A DNA stretch of 64,000 bases, taken from positions 12,030,001 through 12,094,000 of the forward strand of contig CM119371.1 in assembly GCA_051294905.1 (NCBI GenBank). The letters run 5' to 3'. Below, one piece after another: positions 24,850 through 37,600 of the stretch (positions within the stretch are counted from its first letter, which is position 1; each line of letters starts with the position of its first letter). Position numbers and translations under genes: made by a program. The notes below the pieces were generated by a model, which was not told the origin of the DNA, ran no database searches, and worked only from the letters and a program-made list of their open reading frames with translations. Source of the stretch: Botryllus schlosseri (Eukaryota).

Positions 24850-27336
24850 GTAAGCCTACGTAACTGCAGCTCGCAGTATATGCATTATGCATATCAAACC
24901 CAGCTATCTACTGGAGCAGGGGTCACCAACCGTTTTGAAACAAAAAGCTACTTCTTGTGTAGTGTGTACTGATTATTGCGACGACCGACGGGTTACCATG
25001 TACTCCCGTCGTTTATCCGTGTTCAGTTGGATTTATTCACTTAAAATAAGACAATCAGAGCACTTGTCCGGGTTTCCGCCCTTACCAAGAACAAAAAACG
25101 CTCACTCGCAGTGCGCGCAGCAGCGCCAATCTCCGCGTCGAGACTCGGGAATGTTAACTATAGATTCCCGTTGAGCCGCCGCGTGGGCGAAGACAAGTAA
25201 TGCACCGAGCGACTGCGTTCGTATGTTCCTTGGGGTCGGCCGACCCATGTTCAACATACCGGGGGCCCCCTATAAGTAGTAGCTATCCTTAACTTAAGTA
25301 ATCACCCCATGTCTGACGACAAGCACGGTCAGCTGGTAGCATGCGATTTATTTGGCATCTAAGCTAGGAGAGGTTACTTTACTATAATAAAGTTTGGTGG
25401 GTCTTCTAATTTGAGAACGATATTAAATAATGACCATGGGAGAGTTGTCAATAGAAGATTCTCATCGGCAAAGAACTGCTACAAAATGCTATGTTATCAT
25501 ATTATCCTGCACCTATGAGCTTGCATTACATGATATACTTTTATGTAACTTTAGTTAGTTAACGAATCTTCCTATGTCTTCGTCGCTATCTTCATAAGAG
25601 GATCACAATTTATCCAACCTAGCAGAAACTCTCACCACAGTCAGTGTTAGACTATATAGATTGATAGACTATATCATATCTGTTGTGTACTTCAATAGCA
25701 CGAAACTCAAAGATTGCGTTTCGTCGTTAAGCTCGACTTCCTGTGCGGCTATCGATTTAACATGCCCATATTTCAGTATATAGAATGACTGAGCTTGCAA
25801 TTACTTCAGTTCAGTAGTGACTACGGTTAGTACCGATATCAATAATTTTCACTATCCCGATAACGGATATATCCATTTATTTGAGTGGTCATTTATTTTG
25901 AATCGAGGAACGAAGATAGCCTACAGTTGCATTCACAATTACACATGCAGAAATGCGTTGTATCGATCACACATATGTACAAATGCTAAACAACGTAAGT
26001 AACTGTATTGCCTCAGTTTATAATTAGCAGCCAAAATACAGAATAGAATCCGCAGCCACATTCTATTTTCTTTTTTTTTCTTACCTTTACCAAATCTCTT
26101 GTTATACTGAAATGGAATTCGAATATAGTTTACATATAGCCCTCACCAATGGGCGGATGCTCGAATTGTGTCATATCTATTTGTTTATGGGTAACGTATT
26201 GCATCCTATCAATTCGTTTCTCTATTCTCTATTTTGGATGGTAACTATAAACTGAGGCTATGCAATTACTTACGTAGTAAAGCAGTTCTACATAGCCTAT
26301 ATGTGAGCTATACAGCGCCCTCTTGCGTGTATATTTAACTCTATATTCGTTCATCGGTTCGAAATCAATGATCACTCGACCTGTATTTTAGACAGCTAGC
26401 AAAATGCAATGACGTCATCATGCTTCATACTTGGAACAGGCAACTTAACTTGAGATGTGACTTGACTCGTGACTTGTCTTGACTTGACTCGAGTCACCTC
26501 CGAAAATTGAGTGACTTGACTTGACTCGAGTCACCTTCGAAAATTGAGTGACTTGACTTGACTCGAGTCACCTTCGAAAATCGATTGACTTGACTTGACT
26601 CGAGTCAAAATGTGCAATGACTCGTGACTCGAAGGTAGTGACTTGATCCCACCACTGATATCTGCCATGTCAAAAGATATTGAAATCGCCAACACGTACT
26701 AAACCAGGGGCGGGCAACTTCTCTAGTCGGCGGGGCTGATTTGGGAAAGTAAAGTACTTGGCTGGCCGGATTACAGAATTGATACATTGATCGCTCATTT
26801 ATCCGCCCACTTTGATAAGTCAATCAAACATTTGTCATTTTTGTAGTCGATCAAAGTTGTCAAAAAGTTCTTTGAATTCTGGATGTCGGATCCAAAAGAA
26901 ACCCTTAGTAAAGAATGTACGTTAACAACAGTTTTATTGGAACGCAGACTTGTCATGATAATCTTCATTGTCGAAAGTGTTTGCTCGCAGTAGTTTCATG
27001 ACCAATGACCATCTATCTGAATTTGAAAAATTAGGATTCGTTATGTGGCGCTCAAAATTTGTCAATGCTTTCAGTGTATTTTGATTTACGTAAACAAACT
27101 AAAAGGTTGTATGATAGTACTTATAAAACAATTGCATCCTCATATTCTATTGATGATGCCTGGAACATGATGTTCATGTGCAATGACTCGTGACTCGAAG
27201 GTAGTGACTTGATCCCAACACTGATATCTGCCATGTCAAAAGATATGGAAATCGCCAACACGTACAACATCATGTTCCAGGCATCATCAATAGAATATGA
27301 GCATGTAATTGTTTTATAAGTACTATCATATTATAG

Positions 27337-28078
27337 CGGGCCCATGCGGTTTGAGAACAGCGACTCGGAGCGAGCACTGACTGAGTTGCTGAAGAATTGG
27401 AGTCCGTTCGAAAAGTCAGTAACTACGACAAAAACTAAAACATCACGTCCAAAATGTCGTGACCCGTACCTTGGAGCAATGAGAAAAAGAATCCAGCAGT
27501 AACATATTTTCGTGTTCGGCGCGTAAACATTGACTCTGCTATAATTACATACATCCATATGTAACTATATACATTCAGTGAAATTTTACATGCATTCACT
27601 TCACTGATTTACCATACTTAGCATACAGGACTGTTCATTTGTCCTTTTTTATGCTAACATATGTGGTTCACATCTGCTCATACTGCCCCTTCCCGGCGTA
27701 CTTGTTCAATGTATCAGTCGATGCGGCCTTGCCATGGCACGTGATTCGAATTTACACAACCAGTATATATGCTATGCTACGTGACGCTAATTCCGATGCA
27801 TTCTTTCCTTTTTAGCGAAAAGGGGCTAAGTACAGCAAAGATATTTACTCACCTGACCGACCGGACGAAGCAGTGATCAAGTAGTCCGGCCAACGAAATA
27901 CCAAATCTCGTTTCGACGAAAAACTAGGCGCGATACCAATTGACGTCAACGACGATGACGAGTGTTCTTGAAATATGGAGATGATATATGATCCTTCAAA
28001 ACCCACTGGCATTACATCACATTTTTCGTGCTGAACACTGTTTCCAATTTCATATTTCTAAGTATTTTATTGAATAAA
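27337..28078 (+). pseudogene. Duplicated last two exons of an unidentified gene (copy 1)
   Basis: Exons 27337-27499 and from 27816, with AATAAA at 28073; similar to 32357-33108; the donor GT is lost. Confidence 0.5.
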
Positions 28079-28349
28079 GCGATGAAGATAACTTGACTGC
28101 TATGTAATTTATAATATGTAAATTGCAATAGGCATTGTGTCATGAATTGCAAGACTGTCTTGGGATCTATATCAGGGCTTCTCAAACTATTTTCCTTTGC
28201 GACCCCATTTTAGAAGATAAATTATTCCGTAGCTGCCAATTTGCAGAACGGCCCAGGTCTAGGGTTTTATATGACACCACCTGCATGGGTGATTTGGCGA
28301 GGAGAAGCATAGATACACCCCCAACACTTAGATAGGAATTCTGGATACG

Positions 28350-28420
28350 ATTTCGGTCGGACTCGAGCCCGCAATCCATTAGCGTTGCAGCTGTGGATTG
28401 AACCACTACGCTATCCCGCC
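28350..28420 (-). repeat. tRNA-derived SINE head
   Basis: A box TAGCGTAGTGG and B box GGCTCGAGTCC at tRNA-like spacing without a clean cloverleaf; similar heads at ~31378-31436 and ~61133-61198. Confidence 0.5.
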
Positions 28421-28789
28421 ACTCAAATCATAATCGAATTTTATTCTAATGTTTCGAAACGAGAAGCGAGGGAAATACAATTAAAAAGGAATTCTGCAGA
28501 AGCGTTGGATTCTAGATTGATTTCAGTGTCAAACTCTGATAATATTGTTGGTTGAGTTTTAAACGGCCAGGTACGCCATTTTTGCGGTGCAGGAGAAATA
28601 AGGAAACAGTAGAACATATGAAACTGTACTTGGATATCAAACATGGCCTCGTCGACAACAAATAGCCTACATTTCTGCACAAACAAATCAGAAAGCAACA
28701 GATAGGATAATCCAATAAACTTCGAATACCCAAGAATGGAATCCCTGAACAAAATATTAAAGCCAAACATTTTACCTGCTATATGATCC

Positions 28790-31113
28790 ACCCCTTCAAA
28801 ATGCTGATTAGCCCAATTATGTGATCACGGAGAGAGTTGTCTAGGAGTCGTTTCTAGGGTTTTCAAGGTTGCTGATTACGAATATCACATTAGTTTTGCC
28901 AGATTTGCTCTAGAAAAGAATATAATAATACCCCTAAAAAGCTTAAAATCACTGTATTTACCATTGATTATTTCAAATGTTAGGAAGTAATTCTTAGACT
29001 TTTCTGCTTTTATACTGCGCATAAATATGGGTAATTGACTATGATGAACACTAATGTCGTTCTCAGTTATTCCATTAATATTAACATGACCTGATGTGAA
29101 ACGTTATTTGTTAAGCCTAAAAATTGTACTTTTTCACAATGAAAATATATTTTCACCTGTACCAATTGGTCATTTTACCAAGATGAAAGAGGAGTACAAA
29201 ACTATCAAGTTTGTCCTTATTGGAAAGCAAAACTAAAATACTCATATGCGTCTCATCTCTATTCACTTGTAAATGGATAATTTTCCGTAAAGCCAACCAA
29301 GTGGTTATAACCTTGTATCCATAACCAACGAGGAACTTAAATCTGGAATCTTTGATGAATCTCAGATTCGAATACGGACTAATGATTATAATTTATTATT
29401 ATGATAGGTGCATACTACATGGAATCCCTTCTAGGATGCAGTGTTGGGATCAAGTCACTACCTACGAGTCACGAGTCATCTCGAGTCAATGCACATTTTG
29501 ACTCGAGTCAAGTCAAGTCAACCGATTTTTGAAGGTGACTCGAGTCAAGTCAAGTCGCCCGTTTTTGGAGGTGACTCGAGTCAAGTCAAGTAAAGTCACG
29601 AGTCAAGTCATAATTAAAGTCAAATTGAATTTCGAAGTATGCGTGATGATTCAAAGTCAATACATTTTGCTGGATGTGTGAAAGACGGTTGATTGGCCAT
29701 TTATCTTGAGTCAAATAACGACTTTAAAGTTAAATAAACATGCAAAAAGAGGTTGCGTCACTCACGCACACGTAGACCTGCTATTAGAATACGTGAGTAG
29801 CTGTACAGTTTCATGCTACAGTCAGTTGTTATCAGCCAAAATGTATAACCGAATACGAAGTCTCAAGAAGTTGAAACAAATTGATTCGGTACAATAGCCT
29901 ATACTACCCATCTACACATCCGTAAGAATATATACGCACATACTATATTTGTTCGATTTAAATCATACCAGAGGGTTGGCAAAACTGAGCACTGCGCAAC
30001 GTAAGCATTGAGCCGCCTAAGAAACACAGACACAGTAATACTGGTGCCGCAACGTAAACTGTGATCGTTTCGTTTGCGCTCAATTTATTTGTGATGTAAC
30101 AATGGAGGATCGGTGTAACGTATAATCAGTGAATGACTGACTGCTCTCACAAGTGACACCCGCGTATCTTGAACAATCCGAACGTACGTAAGATACAGTG
30201 ATTTTTATCGACACTGTTTACTTAATGACTTGAAATTGACTCGTAAATGTTTCTCCGAGTCACGAGTCAATGCAGATTTCTGAAGCTCCGAGTCAAGTCA
30301 AGTCAAGTCATGTTTGCAACGTGACTCAAGTCAAATCAAGTCATACAAAAAAGTTGACTCGAATCACCTCAACACTGCTAAGATGTAGTAAATAAAACTT
30401 TTTGGAAAACCACAAAGCACCCAATTACAAACAGTCCACGAAAGAATTGGTATCTGGATATGGAAACCTTGGGGCAAACATGAGCATTAAATTAAACTTC
30501 CTATTCAGTCATGATAATATGCTTGATTAGAGGGAAAAGAAACCGGAAAGGTCCCACCATTGCATCAAAGCAACGAAAGAAATATATCAGTGCAGATGCA
30601 ACGAACATATTGTGGCAGACTATTGCTTACCACCGAGAATAGTACAAGAAACAATTTTACTTTAAGATAAGTTATTATATTCCAACTGATTATTTTGAAT
30701 TTAAGTTAGGTGGTTGACATAAAACTGATTCAATTATTGCAACGTTATTTGAGTATTTAGATAAATACTTATATACAGGATTGAAGTTTATTTATGTACT
30801 ATGAAAGTCCCCAATTATGATAAATCTAATACACCGAATTATAATTCTGTTGATGCATTTTGATTTAAAACAGTCTTGAGCGCACCAAAATATCAAATAG
30901 CTTGAATTTCTGAATTTTATAGTACGACTGAGCTGATTATTTTTATTTATTCCATACAGCGAAAATATGAGATTTTAGTCAAAATAGCCTCATGGATTAT
31001 CTCCAAAATCAGAGCCAATTTGAAAACACTAAGGTCATATTCGGAATCAGTGCCCCGCAGAACCACCAAAACCATTCTTACTTTATCTGCCTAAAAATAT
31101 GTGTTGATCAGTG
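28790..31113 (+). mobile_element. Decayed Chapaev3-like (CMC) DNA transposon; left boundary approximate
   Basis: Remnants LKSGIFDESQIR (~29335), FLENHKAPNY...LGANMSIKLNFLFSH (~30400-30510) and HIVADYC (~30605); right end ...gatcagtg. Confidence 0.6.
29439..30377. mobile_element. GACTCGAGTC-rich MITE nested in the Chapaev3-like element
   Basis: TIR cagtgttg...caacactg; TSD ctaggatg/ctaagatg. Confidence 0.8.
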
Positions 31114-32150
31114 TTATCAAAGGAAAGAACGTCACGCATTTTAGTCATTGGTGTTTTCACGGCATATACATCGACTCATGATATACATACACACGATATG
31201 TGCATATGTATACCATAGTGCATGATGTGCAAATGCTGCTGAATTAGGAAAGTAGCCTATATCATGACATTGTACGGCTTTCCAGGTCTTGCACCACCCC
31301 TTCATACTATCGCAGTAATGCTAAGCGCCAAGCGCGATACCAGCGTTTCTGATCAGATCTCTGGTTCGTAATGGCCGGGTATTGAACCCACGAACCCACG
31401 ATCAAGAATCAGGACGCTTCACCATTGCGTTATCTTGTCGGCTAACTGCATTTGATAAAGCGGATACATATTTGGAACCGCTTCGGAAACGACATATCTA
31501 TATTTCTGTAAAGTTAATTGATCCTGCATGATAAAGACTGTTACGGGCATTGGCGCTTCTCTCTTTATCTCTGCCGCGCAACACTTCCCGGCCCTAATAC
31601 AAAGTGCGTTTGATAAATCAGATGAACGAAACCATAATGCGTGAGCATCTTCAAATATAATCGATTCAGCCAACATAAATTTGTTGCCGTGTCAATACAA
31701 ATATTACGCGATTGGTGCTTCTCTCTTTATCTTTGCCGCTTCCGTACCGTCTGGCGCTTCCCGAACGGGCCATGACGTCTGATATTTAATTGCATACAAC
31801 GGAGCAGTCTTATCAATTCATCCAGCTCGTTACACAAACAGATTTGAATTCACAGGATGTCTATTCATCAGAAAGTGCTTTGCATTTATGTTATCTACGG
31901 GTAATAAGGCAACTACTAAACCACCACTGGGATTACTCCCATTAGTTCTCGTAATTCCTGGTTATATACTTCGTGGAGAGAAATAGGATTAAGAACTACT
32001 GGACTTGGATGTAGAATGTTATACAGAGTGAGTAAATACATGTTATTCAGGCGTACCAATCCTACATTCAGATATCAATTTATTGAGAACCTCATCTAAT
32101 CAGTTATTGCAAGATCACGGATCCAATAAGCATAATTTTTTTCATTTCAG

Positions 32151-33108
32151 TTATACGAAATATATAATTTAAGTCTCTCGGAAATGAAGAAAAGATTATG
32201 GACGAGCAGAAAGAAACCCAAGTTAGCCCGGCGATATTTTGGCAAAAGTAAAAATGTATTTTAATTTTGGTAAATGAACTCAACGTACTTCTCTTCGTAT
32301 CAATGAAACATGAGGGTTTTGAATAGTTCAATTTTATAAGTACTATTTTATTACAGCGGGCCAATGCGGTTTGAGAACAGCGACTCGGAACGAGCTCTGG
32401 CTGAGTTGCTGAACAATTTGAGTCCGTTCGAAAAGTCAGTAACTACGACGACTACCAAAACATCACGTCCAAAATGTCGTGACCCGTACCTTGGGGCAAT
32501 CAGAAAAAAGAATCCAACAGGTACATATTTTCGTGTTCGATGCGTGAAGATTGACTCTGCTATAATTTTATACATCCGTATTTAACTATACTCATTCCGT
32601 GAAATTTCTCAGTTTTTCATTTCACTGATTTACTATACATAGCCTACAGGACTGTTCCTTTGTCCTATTTTCTGCCAATACTGCCCCTTCCCGACGTACT
32701 TGTCTAATGCATGAGCAGACGCGGCTTTTACATGGCACACGATTCATATTTACACAACCAGTATGTTTCGTATATGTGACCTATATTGTATGAAATATGA
32801 TGACGCTAATTCCAATGCACTCTTTCCTTTTTAGAGAAAAAAGGGCAAAGTACAGCAAAAATATTTACTCACCCGACCGACCGGACGAAGCAGGGATCAA
32901 GTAGTTCGGCCAACGAAATACCAAATCTCGTTTCGACAAAAAACTGGGGGCGATACCGATCGACTTCAACGATGATGATGAGTGTTCTTGAAATATGGAG
33001 AGGATATTTGGTTTCTTTGAATCCGTCAAAAGCAACTGGCATTACATAGCATTTTTCGCGCTGCACACTGTTTCCAATTACGTATTACTCTGTATTCTAT
33101 TGAATAAA
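32151..33108 (+). pseudogene. Unidentified spliced gene or pseudogene (copy 2), three exons
   Basis: Exons 32151-32247 (phase-2 donor), 32357-32520 and from 32835, with AATAAA at 33103; reads MDEQKETQVSPAIFWQNGPMRFENSDSERALAELL...; differences from copy 1 are biased to third codon positions. Confidence 0.5.
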
Positions 33109-33185
33109 GCGATGAAGATAACGCTACTGCTATGTAATTTATAATATGCAAATTGCGATAGGCATTGTTTTATGAAATGCTAGAC

Positions 33186-34656
33186 CAGGGGTTCTCAACC
33201 CGCGGCCCGCAGACGTTCATTTTGCGGCCCGCGACATCTTTCATCGTGAGCGCAATTATTAGTGGCACGGTATTGTTACATATCAATTTAGCTACTTGGC
33301 TCTCTTATCGCACCGTCTGTTTCATTTGATTACTCATTCTTTGATGTGTTCTGGATTCTTGATATACGCTCGAGTTTAGATTGTTATTGTTTTGAATCGC
33401 TATTCGGCTGGACTCTGGTTCAAGGGGACCCCGCTTCGTAGTACACTTTTAAAGAGCGTTTCACTCACCGCGAATGATTTGAACACAAACATGAACAAGG
33501 AACGAGACATTAAACGTCGAAAACTGGGTTTGTAACTCTGCGCGCAACAATGAATTTGCTTTCTCGGATATAAATGGAAAACCAATGTGTCATATTTGTC
33601 GAAGAACACTTGTAGTAAAGAAGGGTTGAAGCTTACAATTGCACCACGACAGTTTCTTCTGAGTTATACATATCACCTGATCTTCGAAAAAACGCTGCTG
33701 CCTAGGTGTCAAACCAAGCAATTCAAATTTCGAGACATTGTTAAAATTGCCGACGACGTTACAGTCGCGTCGTTGAAAACTGCCTGGAATATCGCTAAAC
33801 CCGAGAAATCTGCTAGAGAAGGTGTATTTCAATTAAACTTCAACATACTGTGGGAATATTCGCTGTTTCCGGCGCTTAGCACCAAGGACAACATCACCTG
33901 ACAAATTTCTACGCTACAGGTGTCTGATTCAACCGTGACCAGATGAGTAACAGCAATGTCAGTCGATCTTTTACCGCATCTTCTGAAACACGTTGCCGCG
34001 AAGACTACTGTAGCCTCGCATTGGACTAATCCACTGGCTTCACATACATCGCAGAGCTAATTATCTGGGTACATTTATCAGAGTGGGCATATTTGCAGGC
34101 GAAATGCTGGCGGGGCAAAAGTGGGGAGGGACCAGCGAAAAACATCAACTTGATAAAGCTGACTTTTGTAACTATGGAATGAAAGGAGAAGGGTTGATTG
34201 GTTTGCTCAGAAATGACCCCGAACGCCAGACTTCTTCTCATATATTTGCGAGCTTAAAGTAATAATTGCCTCAGTACTGAAAAAGTGACAGTAATTTAAT
34301 GCTTGCTCGCTCACGCGTTGAAACAGAGAGTTCGGTTCTCTGGTGGAAGAGTTCGAAGGTGCATATAACGACTTGGTAACGAATGCAATGCACGCTCCAT
34401 GAAGGGAATTACTTGCGCCGCTGGAAGATACTTATTCTCAAAAAAATACAGCAACTGCAAACTTACGAACGCCGTCCATCAATGCTTTAGAATTCATAAA
34501 AATGTCCTAAATGCCCGTATACGATTGGTATAGATAGGCTACAGAAGCCCAAATTTAATAGTAGCCCAAAAATACATGGTAATAATGTTCTGCGGCCCGC
34601 AGCGTCATTTACTGTTGAAATGCGGCCCGTTATACAACGGAAGTTGAGAACCCCTG
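33186..34656 (+). mobile_element. hAT (Charlie/Buster-like) element with decayed transposase
   Basis: TIR caggggttctcaac...gttgagaacccctg; TSD tgctagac; remnant FAFSDINGKPMCHIC (BED-like finger); absent from the duplicate at ~28150. Confidence 0.88.
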
Positions 34657-34671
34657 TGCTAGACTGTCTTA

Positions 34672-37600
34672 GGCCCTTTTCATACCGGGGTTCCGGGAAT
34701 GACATTTCTCGAAAATGTTTACCGGAACCCCTCTATGTGAACATAACACTGGTGATTCGGGGCGGTGTGAACGCGCTTATTTTCGGAGATTTTTACGGGA
34801 CCGACTGAGTATGAACACGAATGGCGCAGCTGGATTCCCGAAACGCTGTCAATCAAACTTTTAGTTACCGTAACGCGCTGTTCATTCAGGCTGCTTGTAT
34901 TTCGAGGTCAGATACCTGCGGCATTTTGATCTTCTTGGTAATGCATTATTCTTGGATTTATATTCTGTATGCTCACAATACGCAGTCACTGACTACTAGT
35001 CAGCTTCTTTTTTCTGTGGTTTTGTAAACAGAGCACGGCTAAAAAGATAGAACACCATCTCCAAATGATGCAGCATTGGGTGAGTTGCCTGAAAACGTTA
35101 GCACTTCAACACTAATTTGGCAAGTGATCTTAACCCTTACCAAATTTGCTACATCAAAGGCAAGTTTCTAACCACGGATATGCTGTGTGTAGGTTAGTCA
35201 CCGTCATATACGCCTACTGAAAAGGGGATTTAGTGACATCTGCTTTGATAGTGGCAGCACAGCATGTCCTTAGCTCTGACTCACTAACCAAAAACTCAAA
35301 TTGTACCAACGGGCTGGTAAGCCATCGTACATCATCCAAGCCATAATTTGGTTTTCACCTATGCCTTCATTTTCTTGTTACAACCAAGCCATTCCTTTGT
35401 AATACAAGGTTAGGCAAGTGTAACTTAATTTGATCTTTTCGCAGGTCTAGATGGAGGATACTGATGAAAAAGGTGAAAAGGCGGAACTGTGCAAGTGTGC
35501 ATCAAATTATAGTTTCTCTCATGAATAAAATGAAACAGCACAAACACATCTGGTTAAGCAAGAGCATTGTTTATTGAGAAAGTCACACAGGGCATTTCCG
35601 ACGTCTGGGCCAGCGATACTTGGATCACCACCAGGTCTTGTCTTCATTGCGTATAACATCCTCTGTATCATTCTGGCCTTAGCGGATTGCAGTTTATGAG
35701 AAAAGGTGATTCCGCGCCTTCAGTCGACCAAAATCTTTCAACCTTCATGTGTGCTTTGCCAAGTTTCTGAAAAAGCAATTGTGAATTTTAAGGGCAGCAG
35801 AAAGGAAATTTATATTACATATTTTAAATTAGCTTTAGCTTATGCTCTGTTTGTGTTTCAGGGAAAAGGCTCCATGAGCCGGGGCTGAAAGGGATAGGCT
35901 GCGTCATCAGTTATGTAGGCTAGTACGGAACCCTCTGGCTCCCAATCATGAAGTCATCCTGAAAAAACTTGAATGCAGCAAATGCATGTTTGGTACAAAT
36001 GTTGCTGTGGTAATTTTTTATCCGCCCACAACACTCAGACTTGTACAAAGTACTGGAATTTCAAAATGCGCAACTTCAACTAGAACTACTCAATTTTTTA
36101 AACTAGCAACTAGAACAGCGGTGGCCAACCTTTTCAGCCAAATCACCACATTCGATTGACGAACTATTCTGCCGGCAACTAGCCGCGCGAAGCACGAAAA
36201 TTTTTTGAAGTTGATAAATTAATAATATTGTTACTTGACTATATTGCAAGCCTGCTGTATATCGCTGGGCTCAGTTTGCAAGGACTGAACTATTCGGCAC
36301 CTGGACATATCGATATCGAAAGCTTCGTCCAACATGAGGCAATCATTTTGTGCCTAGGTTTCATAGTCGACGGTCTTTCGGCGAGCGCAAACGGGAGGTC
36401 GCGAATATGTATATAGTTAGACTCAATCTGGTAGATTAGGCGTTCTTTCATTTTCACAAAGGGGTAACAATATTAAAAGCAAGAAATCGAGTGACAAGAT
36501 GTTGCGCCAAGTGTGTAGAAAATTGATTAATCTTTTGATTAATCTATCGCAAAGTATTCTGCTTTATTGTAGTGTATGAAGATCTACCAAAATGTGACTG
36601 GCTCATAGACCTACCAATGCGTCGGAACTGATATTTCAGTCATCACATCTCAAGTGCTGCGGCCAGACTAATCAAATTTTTGATTGGCCTTGCAAGTTCA
36701 CAATCCGTGCAATCCATTTTTGATAATACTACTAATTTCGGATATTAACTCGCGGGCCACGGGTTGGCCGGCCCTGAACTTTTCAAAATCTGCTATTAGA
36801 ACCTCAACTACTCACTTTCAAATATCCGCAACTAGAACCAGAAACTATTCACTTTTTCAAATCCACAACTAGAACTACATAGTTTTAGTAACTAAAAGTA
36901 ACTAAATAAGTAGGTTGATGTACATGTCTGACTACACTACAAAAAATATACAAATTTGGTCTCATTTTCAGCAATTTCAGTCAAGTGAGCAGGGTTGTAA
37001 CCAAGTCACAAGTCGATCCCACTTCAATAGTTTTGACTAGATTCAAGTCGAGTCATTTTCAATTTATCACCGAGTCAAATCCGAGTTCAACTCATCGAGC
37101 AGAGCGTCGAGTTCGAGTCATGGTTTTATGACTCGAGTCCAAGACATTGTGTTGATTGCTCAGTTTCCAGTTTAAGTCTATTTTCCATCAATTTGGGTCT
37201 TACTTTTGAGACAGAAAGTAGCCTACTTGGCAAGAACAACTGGTCTTTCAGACTTCTTTTTCTGACATAATGATTCAAGACCAAATTTGTCTGACCTTTT
37301 TGCAGTGGTATGCTACGCAAAAACTGGCTGACATTCCGCCATGACAAATATAGAAATATTACTATGCACTAGGGCTGGGCAAAATTGAGTACCTGAGTGA
37401 TTCGATTCTGAATCAATTATTACACTTCGAGTCGATTATCATCATGATGACATCACAACACAATGTACCATGCCAAAATTCAAATGTGTAGGCTACCTTT
37501 TATGCCACCATAAAGAACATAACGTCTATTGTCCGTCACATTAAAGATACTTTAATGTTTTTTCGACCATACCGTTTTCATTGCACTGCTTGACAGTGTT

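Larger units (their letters stand above)
15333..24858. mobile_element. TAGGCTTACCATA-family MITE split by the Gypsy insertion in its TIR
   Basis: Body 15333-15692 matches 1357-1795 in inverted orientation; terminal gtaagccta resumes at 24850-24858; TSD cctaacag/cgtaactg (6/8 match). Confidence 0.82.
14647..25315. mobile_element. hAT-type element (GTAATC-rich end), outermost host of the Gypsy nest
   Basis: TIR cagacatggggt...accccatgtctg; perfect 8-bp TSD acgacaag at 14639-14646 and 25316-25323. Confidence 0.85.

Noticed and set aside
25316..25340. Helitron 3' end (aagcacggtcagctggtag)
   Set aside because: It overlaps the TSD of the 14647-25315 element and lacks a convincing hairpin and CTAG end
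26085..26106. 22-nt minus-strand micro-exon (tttcag...AAG|gtaag) as an upstream NLR exon
   Set aside because: The splice signals are good but nothing else supports it; it cannot be told from chance without transcripts
26460..26610. CRISPR-like array of palindromic GACTCGAGTC repeats
   Set aside because: The spacers are near-identical, no cas genes are present and the context is eukaryotic; these are MITE subterminal repeats
28350..28420. Functional tRNA gene
   Set aside because: It has A and B boxes but no well-paired acceptor or anticodon stems; treated as a SINE head
32869..33066. Minus-strand exon ending at a gtgagt donor (ORF 32869-33066 and its copy at ~27850)
   Set aside because: Acceptors, AATAAA and the synonymous bias between the copies favour the plus strand, and the minus frame has a stop in copy 1
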